Shown piece by piece: positions 8,840 to 18,528 of a DNA stretch of 32,000 bases. The DNA is from Candidatus Hadarchaeales archaeon. Lineage in GTDB: Archaea; Hadarchaeota; Hadarchaeia; Hadarchaeales; Hadarchaeaceae. The stretch is taken from contig JAWBCC010000002.1 of assembly GCA_038823825.1 (NCBI GenBank), positions 218,630-250,629 on the forward strand, in the 5' to 3' direction. Below the pieces are notes generated by a model. It did no database searches. It was not told where the DNA came from and saw only the letters and a program-made list of their open reading frames with translations. A program made the position numbers and the translations under genes. Position 1 is the stretch's first letter, and each line of letters begins with the position of its first letter.

Positions 8840-10145
8840 GCCAGCACGCTATCTGCTCACCCAAGCCAGCCATGTTGAGGAAAATCGGGAAGAAGAAACC
8901 CAAAACCAAGTTCAACCTTCTGGTTCTAAACATCGGCGGAATAAGCCCAAGTCCAGTTGTGATCACCAAAAGTAAAAGACCTGTGGCTCCAGCGAAAATG
9001 AAAACTATCGCAAGGATTATCATCATAGCCACAATCGAAATCTTCCTGTAGCTTATTCTTGTGACCATTTTTGAGAAGACAAACCGCGAAAGCAAGACGA
9101 GCAGAATGAATGCGAAGAGGGTGGTGAACGCAATTGTTGCAACGAGAAGCCAGAAATCCGAAGATGATCTTGGCTGATAGACCATGCTTGTGACCCACGC
9201 CATCCCTCCGCGTGTGAGGTGGAGGAGCGGAACCCAAAAGAGGAAGAACGCACCGACGTAGTATGCGAATCTTCCAGCAGATCCGGAAACCATAAACGAA
9301 GTGTCCCCCCTTGTTGACGTAGCATGCCCGGCTAACACTCCCCCAACCCCAGCCGTTATCACGGGCTGGAAGGCTGCGAAGGTTCCGCCGAGAAAACCGG
9401 CCATTGTCCCATGCGCAACTTCCTGCCATCCCGCGTATATCCCAGTCGATTTTGACTGCTCAGGCACCTTGGGATTCGAGAAGATGTTCATGAGAACCCA
9501 TGGCATTGCGAAAAATCCGACGAAAACCGGGAGGATGTTCTGGAAGGCTCTGTCAGGGGGCATCACCGGCGTGTTGAGAACGATGAAGCCCAATATCATC
9601 GAGAGGAAAAAGACAAATATCCCGGCAACGAGGCTAGACCAACCATCGGCTAATCTCCCGAGCCTCGTCTTTTTTCTGCTCCCCCAATCTTTTGGCCATT
9701 CAGACATCAAAAGATAAACCACAACCCCAATGAGTATCCACGCGAAGTGTGGTGTGGTTAACCTACGGAAGACTTGGAATAAATATGGTGCGGCTGGCGA
9801 GATGGCAACGAGAAGGATTGCTGCCCCAATTGCACCAAGCCCAGAAAGAAGGCAAGCTTCCTCTCCCCTACCGTATAGCAAATATTTCTGGTTCGGGAAA
9901 ACCATATAGAAGGTACTGTCGTCTGGCGAACCCATGTATGTTGTTGTTATTATGCCTACAACCGAGTAGGCTACCAGCATTCCTATGAGAAAGAGCGAAA
10001 AAGCTAGAGGATTGAAAGGATACGCAATGTAGATGACGACGGCTAGTCCAGCAAAATTCAATGGATGCAGTCCCGGCAGGATGGACAAACAGCTCCCGGC
10101 GAGAACACCAAGCATACCCCAAAGGAGATAGGCTAAGCTTTCCAT
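8826..10145 (-). CDS. TctA-like (archaeal tripartite tricarboxylate transporter permease-related) membrane protein
   Basis: MLGVLAGSCLSILPGLHPLNFAGLAVV... and a second GFLGGTFAAFQPVITAGVGGVLAGHATSTRGD. Internal pseudo-duplication of G-rich re-entrant-like motifs, about 10 TM segments. Confidence 0.7.
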   Translation of the reverse strand: MESLAYLLWGMLGVLAGSCLSILPGLHPLNFAGLAVVIYIAYPFNPLAFSLFLIGMLVAYSVVGIITTTYMGSPDDSTFYMVFPNQKYLLYGRGEEACLLSGLGAIGAAILLVAISPAAPYLFQVFRRLTTPHFAWILIGVVVYLLMSEWPKDWGSRKKTRLGRLADGWSSLVAGIFVFFLSMILGFIVLNTPVMPPDRAFQNILPVFVGFFAMPWVLMNIFSNPKVPEQSKSTGIYAGWQEVAHGTMAGFLGGTFAAFQPVITAGVGGVLAGHATSTRGDTSFMVSGSAGRFAYYVGAFFLFWVPLLHLTRGGMAWVTSMVYQPRSSSDFWLLVATIAFTTLFAFILLVLLSRFVFSKMVTRISYRKISIVAMMIILAIVFIFAGATGLLLLVITTGLGLIPPMFRTRRLNLVLGFFFPIFLNMAGLGEQIACWLGGY

Positions 10146-10149
10146 CTTC

Positions 10150-11607
10150 TTACACCCTCCATATGTCTTCTATCGAGCAAACATGGAGCACTTTTTCTCC
10201 CCCAACCACGGATATTTTTCCAACGGTGTTGATGTTCTCTCCAGCTCTGGGTGGATCCGGCAGTCGCTCATAGACGAAGTTTGGAATCAAAACTTTTTGA
10301 ACCAAACCTGATGGAGATTCGACCATGAGAATTCTGTCGGGTGGGAGAAGACCTTTTTCTCTCGTCGAGATCTCGACAATACGACCCGCAACCGTTGCCA
10401 AGATGTCGACCTCAAGAGTCTGGAGATTCTCAGCAATGGGAGGCAGAAATTCACCCTCCAAAACATTAGGAATTTGTGGCCCGACGAAAGTAACCACAAG
10501 CTTACCCTCCCTTTTTTCAACTTTTCCGACGAATTCGATCGAGCTTCCCCTCCTCACAAGCCTCTTCGTTTCAGGAGGAAGAGTCTGAAAGATTTCCTCT
10601 TCTATGTAGGCCTTCGGCATATTTACATTATCCAGCCACAGGATTCTCCTTGTGATCTTTAGACTGGTGGTGGTACCAACAGCCTCAGAGAGTGTTATTT
10701 TTCCAGATGTCTGGATGTAACTTCCGATGAGGTTTTCCGATATCTCAGAGAGTCGGACCAGTTTCGGTTCTTCTTTTCCCAACACTTCGATATCTGAGAA
10801 GAGTCCAACCATGAGCTGAGGTGTCCCCTTGTAGGAAGAAACGCCTCCAGTTATCCTGACTCTATCTAGAACTTCCAGCCCGAGCGGTCGTTTTTCAACA
10901 TAAACTTCGAGACCAAGGGGAACGTAAAGCTGGATTTCAGAGGAACCATCCGAGATGTAATATATGTTTGCAGAGCCGAGAGCCCGCATAGAGGTTACCA
11001 CCCCTTCAATCATCACCCTCTTGTAGAGCAGGGCAACATTTCTCAAGACGTCAGAAGGTGTGGAGACGACGGGTGAAAGGGGCTGGATTTTTATGTCACT
11101 GGCGAGGGAAACAGTCATCATCTTATCCCTCTCGGATAAAACTCGCGTTTGACCGAAAATCTTCACCCTGTCGCCAACACGTGGAATCCTTCTTTCCATG
11201 AGTAACTCTTCGAAAGCCGGAGAGTAAACCCTCACCTCTATGGTGGATATCTCTGGATCGGTCGAGCTAAAGTCTGAGACGGAGAAAGATATGTAGTTTC
11301 TCCCATAGAGAGGCCCGGAGGTTACAGTACCCTCAATCAGGTTGTGAGAATAATCCATCCACGTGTCGATCTGCGAGATGCTTATCGGCTCTTCCCCAGA
11401 TGCCTTGACGTGCATGAGGAAAGCCCCTACACCAAGCACCGCCAAAATCACACATATAACCCACAAATACAGAAGCCGGATTTTTCTAGTTGTATCGGTT
11501 AGGCAGTGTGGGCACGGAACTTTACCTCCTGTTTCCTTTCCGCAGACCGGGCAGATTTCATTTTTCTTCAAGGAATCACCTTTATGTCCTCCCAAGAAGC
11601 TACCCAA
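10150..11607 (-). CDS. Membrane-anchored zinc-ribbon protein with multiple OB-fold-like repeats
   Basis: N-terminal CPVCGKETGGKVPCPHC, one TM segment, then about four beta-rich modules such as VMIEGVVTSMRALGSANIYYISDGSSEIQLYVP...LDRVRITGGVSSYKGTPQLMV. Confidence 0.7.
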   Translation of the reverse strand: MGSFLGGHKGDSLKKNEICPVCGKETGGKVPCPHCLTDTTRKIRLLYLWVICVILAVLGVGAFLMHVKASGEEPISISQIDTWMDYSHNLIEGTVTSGPLYGRNYISFSVSDFSSTDPEISTIEVRVYSPAFEELLMERRIPRVGDRVKIFGQTRVLSERDKMMTVSLASDIKIQPLSPVVSTPSDVLRNVALLYKRVMIEGVVTSMRALGSANIYYISDGSSEIQLYVPLGLEVYVEKRPLGLEVLDRVRITGGVSSYKGTPQLMVGLFSDIEVLGKEEPKLVRLSEISENLIGSYIQTSGKITLSEAVGTTTSLKITRRILWLDNVNMPKAYIEEEIFQTLPPETKRLVRRGSSIEFVGKVEKREGKLVVTFVGPQIPNVLEGEFLPPIAENLQTLEVDILATVAGRIVEISTREKGLLPPDRILMVESPSGLVQKVLIPNFVYERLPDPPRAGENINTVGKISVVGGEKVLHVCSIEDIWRV

Positions 11608-12464
11608 AGCTGAGGTGTCCCATAGTAGCTTTGAAGAGCCCCGGAAACGGTTATCTTGGCACCAATCGCTGGGTACGCACCCCCAAACCTCTCGAGGAAC
11701 TTGGGGATCATGATGTTCATGGACTCCTGCGTTTCGACCTCATACAGCGTCAGATTTTTTGCAAAGCCGAGGTCGTCTATTGAAATAACTTTTCCTGTGA
11801 CTTCGAGTCTTTCATACTCCGTGAAGTTTTCCGGGAAGTGAACGACATCATGTATCCTGACTTTCCTACCGGCCGGACGTTCTATCTTCAAGAAACCTTC
11901 AGGATATTGAACGATCAGCATCTGGAACTGGTTGGCTTTATCTCCGACGGCTCTGACCCTTAGGCTTCCTCTGACCGTCACGATGTCTCCAACAGCTGGG
12001 AAAGCCGGAATCGGAGAGCCCTTGGCGAGTCGCTCGCTTTCAAGCCTGATGAGGGCCTTCGTGGTTGCGTCGTATGCCCTGATGAAAATGCTCGCCTCCG
12101 AATTTTCCGGATCGACGAGATACATGCCGAGAAAATTCGTATCCTCGTAAAATTTCACGAAAGTGGCTTTTCCCGTTAAGACGGCTTGCCCCATGTTCAT
12201 AAGAGTCGCGTTTTCTTTGAAGAGATCGGATATTGCGATTTGATAAGGCTGTTTTGCGATTATGTGCAATCCTCTGACGTCCGCGCAGAGGAAAAGAACA
12301 CCCAAAACGGCGACCGAGAGCCCACCCCACTTGAGCAACCTGAAGGAAAGCCTTTTTGGAACTTTACTTCCGCAATAGGGACACTTTTCCAGAGTTCCGA
12401 CGTATCTTTTACAATTTGGGCAAAAGACCTCCTCGGAGGGCCCCACCGGTTTCATGTAAAGCAA
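11568..12464 (-). CDS. Paralogous membrane-anchored zinc-ribbon/OB-fold-like protein (start may be ATG at 12455)
   Basis: CPNCKRYVGTLEKCPYCGSK, one TM, then two OB-like modules. KITVSGALQSYYGTPQLWVASWEDIKVI mirrors VRITGGVSSYKGTPQLMVGLFSDIEVL in the neighbour. Confidence 0.7.
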   Translation of the reverse strand: MLYMKPVGPSEEVFCPNCKRYVGTLEKCPYCGSKVPKRLSFRLLKWGGLSVAVLGVLFLCADVRGLHIIAKQPYQIAISDLFKENATLMNMGQAVLTGKATFVKFYEDTNFLGMYLVDPENSEASIFIRAYDATTKALIRLESERLAKGSPIPAFPAVGDIVTVRGSLRVRAVGDKANQFQMLIVQYPEGFLKIERPAGRKVRIHDVVHFPENFTEYERLEVTGKVISIDDLGFAKNLTLYEVETQESMNIMIPKFLERFGGAYPAIGAKITVSGALQSYYGTPQLWVASWEDIKVIP

Positions 12465-12505
12465 ACTCTTTTAGAAGTTCTAACAATAAAAATTTTTTGA
12501 TTTTT

Positions 12506-13090
12506 GTGCGGGTTGGGGGAATAGACCTCTCGGGAAGTGAGAAGAGACCGACAGGACTGGCATTCCTTGAGGGTAAAAGATGTTTAACGGCAACGGTTTT
12601 CACGGACGATGAGATTCTCGAGCAGTGCTCAAGGCGAAAGGTTTCTCTCATCGCCATAGATGCACCTCTCAACTTTCCCAAGGAAGGCAATCTCAGGCTT
12701 TGCGATCGCATTTTGATCTCGCGAGGTCTACGCGTCTTTCCGCCGACTTTCGGTGGAATGCGTAAGCTGACCGAAAGGGGCATAAGGATTTCCTCCCTCC
12801 TTCGTTCCTCGGGCTTTAACGTCATCGAGGTTCATCCGAGAACTTCCGGGATCGTGATTTTCGGCACTCCGGATAGAGAAAAATGGTTGATGAGACTCAA
12901 AAAAGCTGGTTTCAAAATCTCACCGAGTTCTGATCACGAGATCGATGCTATACTTTCCGCTCTCACAGCTTACCTCCACTTCAGAGGTTTCACAGAGACC
13001 GTCAGCGGTGATGGGGCTATTGTTGTTCCTGGAGAAGCTTCTCAACGAATTTTGCTCCGGACGAGATGCTACTCACGGAAACGCCAGTGA
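12506..13090 (+). CDS. DUF429-like (RNase H-fold-like) protein; start reassigned to GTG 12506
   Basis: VRVGGIDLSGSEKRPTGLAFLEG...SLIAIDAPLNFP...VIEVHPRTS...DHEIDAILSALTAYLH. The listed ORF extends upstream into the promoter region of the divergent gene. Confidence 0.7.
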   Translation: MRVGGIDLSGSEKRPTGLAFLEGKRCLTATVFTDDEILEQCSRRKVSLIAIDAPLNFPKEGNLRLCDRILISRGLRVFPPTFGGMRKLTERGIRISSLLRSSGFNVIEVHPRTSGIVIFGTPDREKWLMRLKKAGFKISPSSDHEIDAILSALTAYLHFRGFTETVSGDGAIVVPGEASQRILLRTRCYSRKRQ

Positions 13091-13883
13091 TTCTGGATAT
13101 CCTGCGGATGCTCATTTTTTCTCCAGAAATCTTTGCAGCGAGATATATGATGGCAGCCGAAAGATTGGCCGGCGGTCTGGCTCTTGCCCTAGGTCCAGAT
13201 TTCTTGAAAAGTTTCATAGCAATTTCGCTCGTGCTGCCGGAAGCATTCAGTTGTGTGAGAAATCTCCCTAAATAATCTTCTACTCCGACTCCGTCTTCTA
13301 TTTTCATTTCCTTCTTGAAAGCGAAGAGAAACTTGCGGAAGATCTTCTGCACGAGTTTCTTCTCGAACGGGTGCCTCTGGGCAGCAATCTTGAAAATTTC
13401 CTTTTCACTTCTAGGAATCTTTAGCCGCCTGCAGGCGAGGAGAACGACAACCGGAACAACGATTCTGAGATCTCTCCCCTTTGTCAGTTTCATGCTCCTC
13501 GCCTTCCTGTAGATCACACATGCCTCAACCTTCACGCTTCTTGGAAGAGAGAGGCTTCTGCAGAGATTGTCGATTTCGATCAGGGCATCCCTCTCCCCAC
13601 GCTCTTTCCAGTTGGAAACTTTAGAAATCCGGTGTAGATATTTGAGTCTTCGCATCTGCGAGCGGAAGGCCGGAGAAGGATTATCGGTTTTTCCAATCTC
13701 GCTCCCGATTCCCAAGTCATGTCTAGTCTGATCTACCCATGTGATGTTCTCCTCTTCCCACCTTTTTCCAGAACCTTCAGCCGGCATCCTGTCGTATATC
13801 ACCAACCCGCAGGAAGTACAGATGAGCTCTCCACGTTCTCTATCATAAAAGATTCCTGCACTTCCGCACGACGGACATATCAA
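13017..13883 (-). CDS. tfb: Transcription initiation factor IIB (TFB), divergent
   Basis: Zinc ribbon CPSCGSAGIFYDRERGELICTSCGLVI, linker, and two cyclin-like repeats (e.g. RPPANLSAAIIYLAAKISGEKMSIRRISRITGVSVSSI). Confidence 0.88.
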   Translation of the reverse strand: MICPSCGSAGIFYDRERGELICTSCGLVIYDRMPAEGSGKRWEEENITWVDQTRHDLGIGSEIGKTDNPSPAFRSQMRRLKYLHRISKVSNWKERGERDALIEIDNLCRSLSLPRSVKVEACVIYRKARSMKLTKGRDLRIVVPVVVLLACRRLKIPRSEKEIFKIAAQRHPFEKKLVQKIFRKFLFAFKKEMKIEDGVGVEDYLGRFLTQLNASGSTSEIAMKLFKKSGPRARARPPANLSAAIIYLAAKISGEKMSIRRISRITGVSVSSISSGAKFVEKLLQEQQ

Positions 13884-13892
13884 ACAATCACC

Positions 13893-15038
13893 CTAGTGGG
13901 TCAAAATTGAAGATATCTCGCTATTGGATAGGATATTCGTCAGCGGGACATGTGGAGTTTCGGCCAGCAGGATCTTGACGAAATCTCTAAGAGTGTCCTC
14001 ATTCTTGCAAACAATCTCCAAGAATCTGGAAACCTTTTTATCCTGCATGGTTCCGAGCCCCCTCCACAACTTGGAGTATTTCTGTATCTCTTCACCGAGT
14101 GTTTTTCTCCACTTCGCGTCATATTCTGAAAGAGCTTCTGAGTCCCCCGCAGCCGCCAGACTGGCAGCATCGCCAGCCAATCTCCCACATTCGATTTCAT
14201 ACCTTAGGATGTTCACCGCAAGCGGTGGGATTTGTCCTGCAGACTTGCCCGCCGCCAAAATGCCTTTTTCCCAAAGCTTCGTGAGCGGCCCAGACATGGG
14301 TTGAGAGGTTTTAACGCTAACGATCGGCGATGCCCCTTTCAGACAGGGATGTGCAACTCTTCCGATGAATTCATCCAGCGCTGTTCCGGGATGTATTCTC
14401 AGGCCGAGCACACCGGTGGATGCTAAGCCCTCTTCAACGGGGAAAATCCAGCCGAATCCTCCCGGAGCAGAATATGAGGATAAATGAATCTCAGCTTTTT
14501 CGCAGTTAGCGTTGGCCATTAAGTATTCGCAGCGAAAAGCTAGGTTCTCGCCTGACCATTCGTGACTAGCAAATTTCTTCATAAAAAGACCAGACCAATC
14601 TCCCGAAGATCCTGAGGCATCTATCACTACTTTTGATTTGATTTCCTCGACCCATCCGCCGCCAGCCGCTTTCACGCCGATAACCCTGCCAAAATCGACT
14701 AGCAGATCTTTGACCGGAGCGCTTGTCCAGATTTCTACCCCGGCTTTTGTTGCCTCAACTGCCATACTACGAAGGAGTTTGGAATAATCGAGAACAGAAA
14801 ATTTCCCCTCAATTTCAATATTTTTCGAGCTACAAATGATTTTAAGATTTCTCGTCTTGCTGGTGACTGATTGTTTGAATTCCTTTGGGACTTTCTCGCA
14901 GAGCACATGGTGCGATTGCCAGCCAATCGCAGCTCGCATCTCGAGAAGAAGAACTCTTTGGTTATGCTCAGCAGCTGTCTTGGCTGCCGAAAGTCCAGTT
15001 GCTCCTCCACCTATAACGACTATATCGTATTCTAACAT
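13893..15038 (-). CDS. FAD-dependent oxidoreductase of the geranylgeranyl reductase-like family
   Basis: YDIVVIGGGATGLSAAKTAAEHNQRVLLLEMR, SKVVIDASGSSG, and GGFGWIFPVEEGLASTGVLGL. Confidence 0.8.
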   Translation of the reverse strand: MLEYDIVVIGGGATGLSAAKTAAEHNQRVLLLEMRAAIGWQSHHVLCEKVPKEFKQSVTSKTRNLKIICSSKNIEIEGKFSVLDYSKLLRSMAVEATKAGVEIWTSAPVKDLLVDFGRVIGVKAAGGGWVEEIKSKVVIDASGSSGDWSGLFMKKFASHEWSGENLAFRCEYLMANANCEKAEIHLSSYSAPGGFGWIFPVEEGLASTGVLGLRIHPGTALDEFIGRVAHPCLKGASPIVSVKTSQPMSGPLTKLWEKGILAAGKSAGQIPPLAVNILRYEIECGRLAGDAASLAAAGDSEALSEYDAKWRKTLGEEIQKYSKLWRGLGTMQDKKVSRFLEIVCKNEDTLRDFVKILLAETPHVPLTNILSNSEISSILTH

Positions 15039-15082
15039 TGCTCTCCTCAGACTTGTTCTGAGGAGGTTTAAAAAGCCGAACT

Positions 15083-15889
15083 CTAAGCCTGCGCAGGTTT
15101 TTTCTTCCTAAGCAGAGCTGCGGCAACAGCGATACAGATGATTATTACAGCAACTCCGGCGATTATTGGCAGATTTGACATGGGAGCCGCCGCAACCGTT
15201 GGCCAGTCGGGTATGTCTACCGTAGCGGAGAAGCTACCAGTTGCCGGTGCGGTTGCGCTAACAACTACGGGTGTATCTACATCGATATCGAGCTCGTTGG
15301 TCGTTACGTCGAGCTTTCCTCCACCCTTGAGATAGACAGTATTCCCAACCTGACGTTCGACTTCAGGCCTGTATGTTTTTCCTCCCATCTTGAACTCCAC
15401 GTAGTTGTCCTTTCGCTCGAACGTCATATTCTTCAGACGCAGCCTGACCCGCAAAGTAACGCTCTCCCCTTCCACCGGTGGTCTCATCACGTAATTGTCT
15501 ATTTGTGTGTTCTCGGACAACACTTGGATGACTAGTGCTGTTATGCTTTTTTCATCAGGACTGACCCAAGCCTCCGAGTATTTTGCGCCCTTTGGTGGAT
15601 ATCTTGGCGTCCACCATCCAGTATAAAGATATTCAGTTGATCCAGTTGGCTGCCACCATTCTCCAACGTTGAAGCAGTTTGTTCCGGAATAGAAATACGC
15701 TCTGACTTCCCACGTCCCTCTGTCGAGCGACATTCCAGGAGGCTTACGCAATGTCACGTGCACAGTGTAGGTGCCACCAGCCTTGATCTGGTCGGTTGCA
15801 CTTACTAAGGCAGAGCCCAAGAATAAGAGCAGCAAACTTCCTGCAATGATTCCGGCTTTTTTCATCCAATCCAAATAAAATTTTTGCAA
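15083..15889 (-). CDS. Predicted surface protein: N-terminal signal/TM, beta-rich ectodomain, C-terminal TM
   Basis: MKKAGIIAGSLLLLFLGSALVSA... ending LPIIAGVAVIIICIAVAAALLRKKKPAQA. Confidence 0.65.
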   Translation of the reverse strand: MQKFYLDWMKKAGIIAGSLLLLFLGSALVSATDQIKAGGTYTVHVTLRKPPGMSLDRGTWEVRAYFYSGTNCFNVGEWWQPTGSTEYLYTGWWTPRYPPKGAKYSEAWVSPDEKSITALVIQVLSENTQIDNYVMRPPVEGESVTLRVRLRLKNMTFERKDNYVEFKMGGKTYRPEVERQVGNTVYLKGGGKLDVTTNELDIDVDTPVVVSATAPATGSFSATVDIPDWPTVAAAPMSNLPIIAGVAVIIICIAVAAALLRKKKPAQA

Positions 15890-15971
15890 CGTTTGAGTAA
15901 TTAAGCCTTATGATGGGAATTTCGGAAATGACTCCAAAAATCCAGTTGGTGGCCAAAATTTTCGTTTATGG

Positions 15972-16736
15972 CTACCCAAACTTTCCTTTTATATAGAATC
16001 TGGTTCTTGGATTTCGAGCATTTTTGAATATTCGTCGACTGGTTCCGAATTCTACAAGTTTACCGAGGTAAAGAAATGCTACATAATCTGAAATTCTTGC
16101 CGCCTGCTGTATGTTATGCGTAACTATCACAATCGTATAATTCTTTTTCAAATCGTAGATTAAATTCTCGATTTTCCACGTGGAGATGGGATCGAGTGCG
16201 GAGCACGGTTCGTCCATGAGAAGAACCTCGGGCTCAACGGCGAGAGCTCTGGCTATGCAGAGTCTCTGTTGTTGCCCGCCTGAAAGCGCCAAGGCAGGAG
16301 AGTCAAGTTTGTTCTTTACTTCATCCCACAAACCGACCTTTTTTAGAACTTCTTCTACTCTTTCATGGATTTCTTTCCCGCTAAGGCCGCCGTTGATTTT
16401 TAATCCGTAGGATACATTTTCGAAAATCGATTTCGGAAACGGATTGGGTTTTTGGAATACTATTCCTATTTTTTGTCTCAATTCGCTGAGGTCCATCTTC
16501 GGAGAGTAGATTGATTTGCCATCTAGCAAGATGTCTCCGCTTACTTTCACGCTGTCAAACATCTCGACCAATCGATTGATCGTTTTCAGAAGCGTGGTCT
16601 TGCCGCATCCGGATGGGCCGATAATAGCCGTGATTTTATTCTCCGGGATTCTCATGTTTATGTTTTTTAATATCCAGTCCTCACCGAACCAGACGTTCAG
16701 ATTTTTTATCTTTATTTTGTCTTTCATAATCACCAC
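15972..16736 (-). CDS. pstB: Phosphate ABC transporter ATP-binding protein
   Basis: Walker A IGPSGCGKTT, LALSGGQQQRLCIARALAVEPEVLLMDEPCSALDPISTWKIE. Confidence 0.95.
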   Translation of the reverse strand: MVIMKDKIKIKNLNVWFGEDWILKNINMRIPENKITAIIGPSGCGKTTLLKTINRLVEMFDSVKVSGDILLDGKSIYSPKMDLSELRQKIGIVFQKPNPFPKSIFENVSYGLKINGGLSGKEIHERVEEVLKKVGLWDEVKNKLDSPALALSGGQQQRLCIARALAVEPEVLLMDEPCSALDPISTWKIENLIYDLKKNYTIVIVTHNIQQAARISDYVAFLYLGKLVEFGTSRRIFKNARNPRTRFYIKGKFG

Positions 16737-17584
16737 ATCTTCTTTTTACCATAGTGCCACCTTATGATCGAGGCTCCAAGGTACATCGTAAGCACGAGCA
16801 TCATCAGAACAAGTGCTGTTCCAAATGCCATTGGTCTGGCAGCCGTTACATCGGGGTGTTCGACGTTAAGCACAAAAAGATGATAGGGGAGAGCCATCAC
16901 AGGTGCAAATATCGAGTTCGGTAGTCCTCTTGTATAAAAAACGGCCCCCGTAAACAGTATGGGTGCAGTCTCCCCCGCTGCTCTTCCTATACTCAGCATA
17001 GTGCCCGTTATCACGCCCGGTAACGCAGCCGGAAGCACGACTCTAAATATCGTCTGCCACTTGGTTGCTCCAAGCGCAAGACTCGCTTCTCTAAATTCAT
17101 TTGGAATGCTCTTCAGGGCTTCCATTGAACTTATCGTTATAGTTGGGAGAGTCATAAGGCTTAGCGTGAAGGCCGCCGATATGAGCGAGACCCCCCAACC
17201 CAAGAACTTGACGAAAAAGACCATGCCAAAAATTCCGAAAATGATCGAAGGAATTCCATTCAGATTGTAAATGGCGTTGATAATAGTTTCCCTAATTCTT
17301 CCTGGTTTCGCGTATTCTACAAGGTAAATTGCAGTCATCAGACCAAGCGGGAATGAGATGGTGACAGCGAGCGTTACTAGAAGAAGAGTACCGACTATTG
17401 CCGGAAAAATGCCGCCCCTCGTCATTCCCTCCCTCGGAAATCCGGTTAGGAATTCCCAACTCAAAACTCCAATTCCGTTTGTCGCTATGAAAAACACCAC
17501 GAGTCCTATGAACCCCAAAACGATCGTTATCGAAAGACGGGCTATCAGAAACGCGATTTTTTGGGAAATTTTTCTCGAATTCAT
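16730..17584 (-). CDS. pstA: Phosphate ABC transporter permease
   Basis: FPLGLMTAIYLVEYAK, EALKSIPNEFREASLALGATKWQTIFRVVLPAALPGVITGTMLSIGRAAGETAPILFTGA. Confidence 0.95.
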   Translation of the reverse strand: MNSRKISQKIAFLIARLSITIVLGFIGLVVFFIATNGIGVLSWEFLTGFPREGMTRGGIFPAIVGTLLLVTLAVTISFPLGLMTAIYLVEYAKPGRIRETIINAIYNLNGIPSIIFGIFGMVFFVKFLGWGVSLISAAFTLSLMTLPTITISSMEALKSIPNEFREASLALGATKWQTIFRVVLPAALPGVITGTMLSIGRAAGETAPILFTGAVFYTRGLPNSIFAPVMALPYHLFVLNVEHPDVTAARPMAFGTALVLMMLVLTMYLGASIIRWHYGKKKMW

Positions 17585-18528
17585 CTGGCAACCCTCCTAA
17601 CTTTTCTTGAAATTATCCAGTTTGCAATGAAATTCACAGCAAAGGTTATTGCGAAAAGCACCAGTCCTATCCCAAATAGAGCACTGTAGTGAAGAGATCC
17701 GAACGAGACTTCACCCATCTCAATCGCAATTGTTGCCGGCATAGTTCTAACCGGAGAAAATATAGAGGTAGGGATTACGGCCGCACCTCCGCTTAACATC
17801 ATTACTGCAATGGTTTCACCAATGGCTCTTCCCAGTCCAAGCAGGACCCCTCCAACGATTCCAGATGAAGCTGCCGGTATCACAGCGTTTTTTATTGTTT
17901 CCCATTTGGTCGCACCGAGCGCAAATGACGCTTCTCTGTATTCGTTCGGAACTGCTCGTAGAGAATCCTCGATTATGCTAAGCATAGTCGGAAGAATCAT
18001 AAAGGCCAACACGAGCCCAGCAGTTAGCGCAGTCTGTCCAGTCGGTAAACCGAAAAATCTCTGAATGAAAGGCACGAGTACTACAAGTCCAAAAAATCCG
18101 TAGACAACGGATGGGATCGCCGAAAGCACTTCGACCGTGGTTTTGAGGAGATCTCTTACTTTTGAGCTGGCGATTTCCGAGATGTATATTGCTCCGAACA
18201 GCGCCAAGGGAACAGATACTGCCAAAGCAAGCGAAGTTACGAGAAGGCTACCCAATATCATCGGCGCGATGCCAAAGGAGGGGGGATGAGCGGTAGGTAG
18301 CCACTTATGGTTTAAGATAAAATTTGTGACCCCGATATTCGTGAATACCGGAATCGATTGAGTAAAAACGAATATGAAGATCAGAAAGACGAAAAATATG
18401 GAAAAAGTAGCGAAAAGACCTGTGACGGTCTTTCCGGAAAAGACACGCTTGGTTATCCCGCTAGGGAAAAAAAATGGTCGCCCACGGGTTTTCTCACGTG
18501 AGCGACACGAATCCCTTCTCCTCAACAA
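17581..18528 (-). CDS. pstC: Phosphate ABC transporter permease (real start probably downstream of the listed one)
   Basis: VPLALFGAIYISEIAS, RAVPNEYREASFALGATKWETIKNAVIPAASSGIVGGVLLGLGRAIGETIAVMMLSGG. Confidence 0.95.
   Translation of the reverse strand: MLRRRDSCRSREKTRGRPFFFPSGITKRVFSGKTVTGLFATFSIFFVFLIFIFVFTQSIPVFTNIGVTNFILNHKWLPTAHPPSFGIAPMILGSLLVTSLALAVSVPLALFGAIYISEIASSKVRDLLKTTVEVLSAIPSVVYGFFGLVVLVPFIQRFFGLPTGQTALTAGLVLAFMILPTMLSIIEDSLRAVPNEYREASFALGATKWETIKNAVIPAASSGIVGGVLLGLGRAIGETIAVMMLSGGAAVIPTSIFSPVRTMPATIAIEMGEVSFGSLHYSALFGIGLVLFAITFAVNFIANWIISRKVRRVAR

Noticed and set aside
12356-12505. Upstream extension of the DUF429-like ORF
   Set aside because: It overlaps the start of the divergent gene, and the recognisable domain begins at VRVGGIDLSG, so the start is set at GTG 12506.
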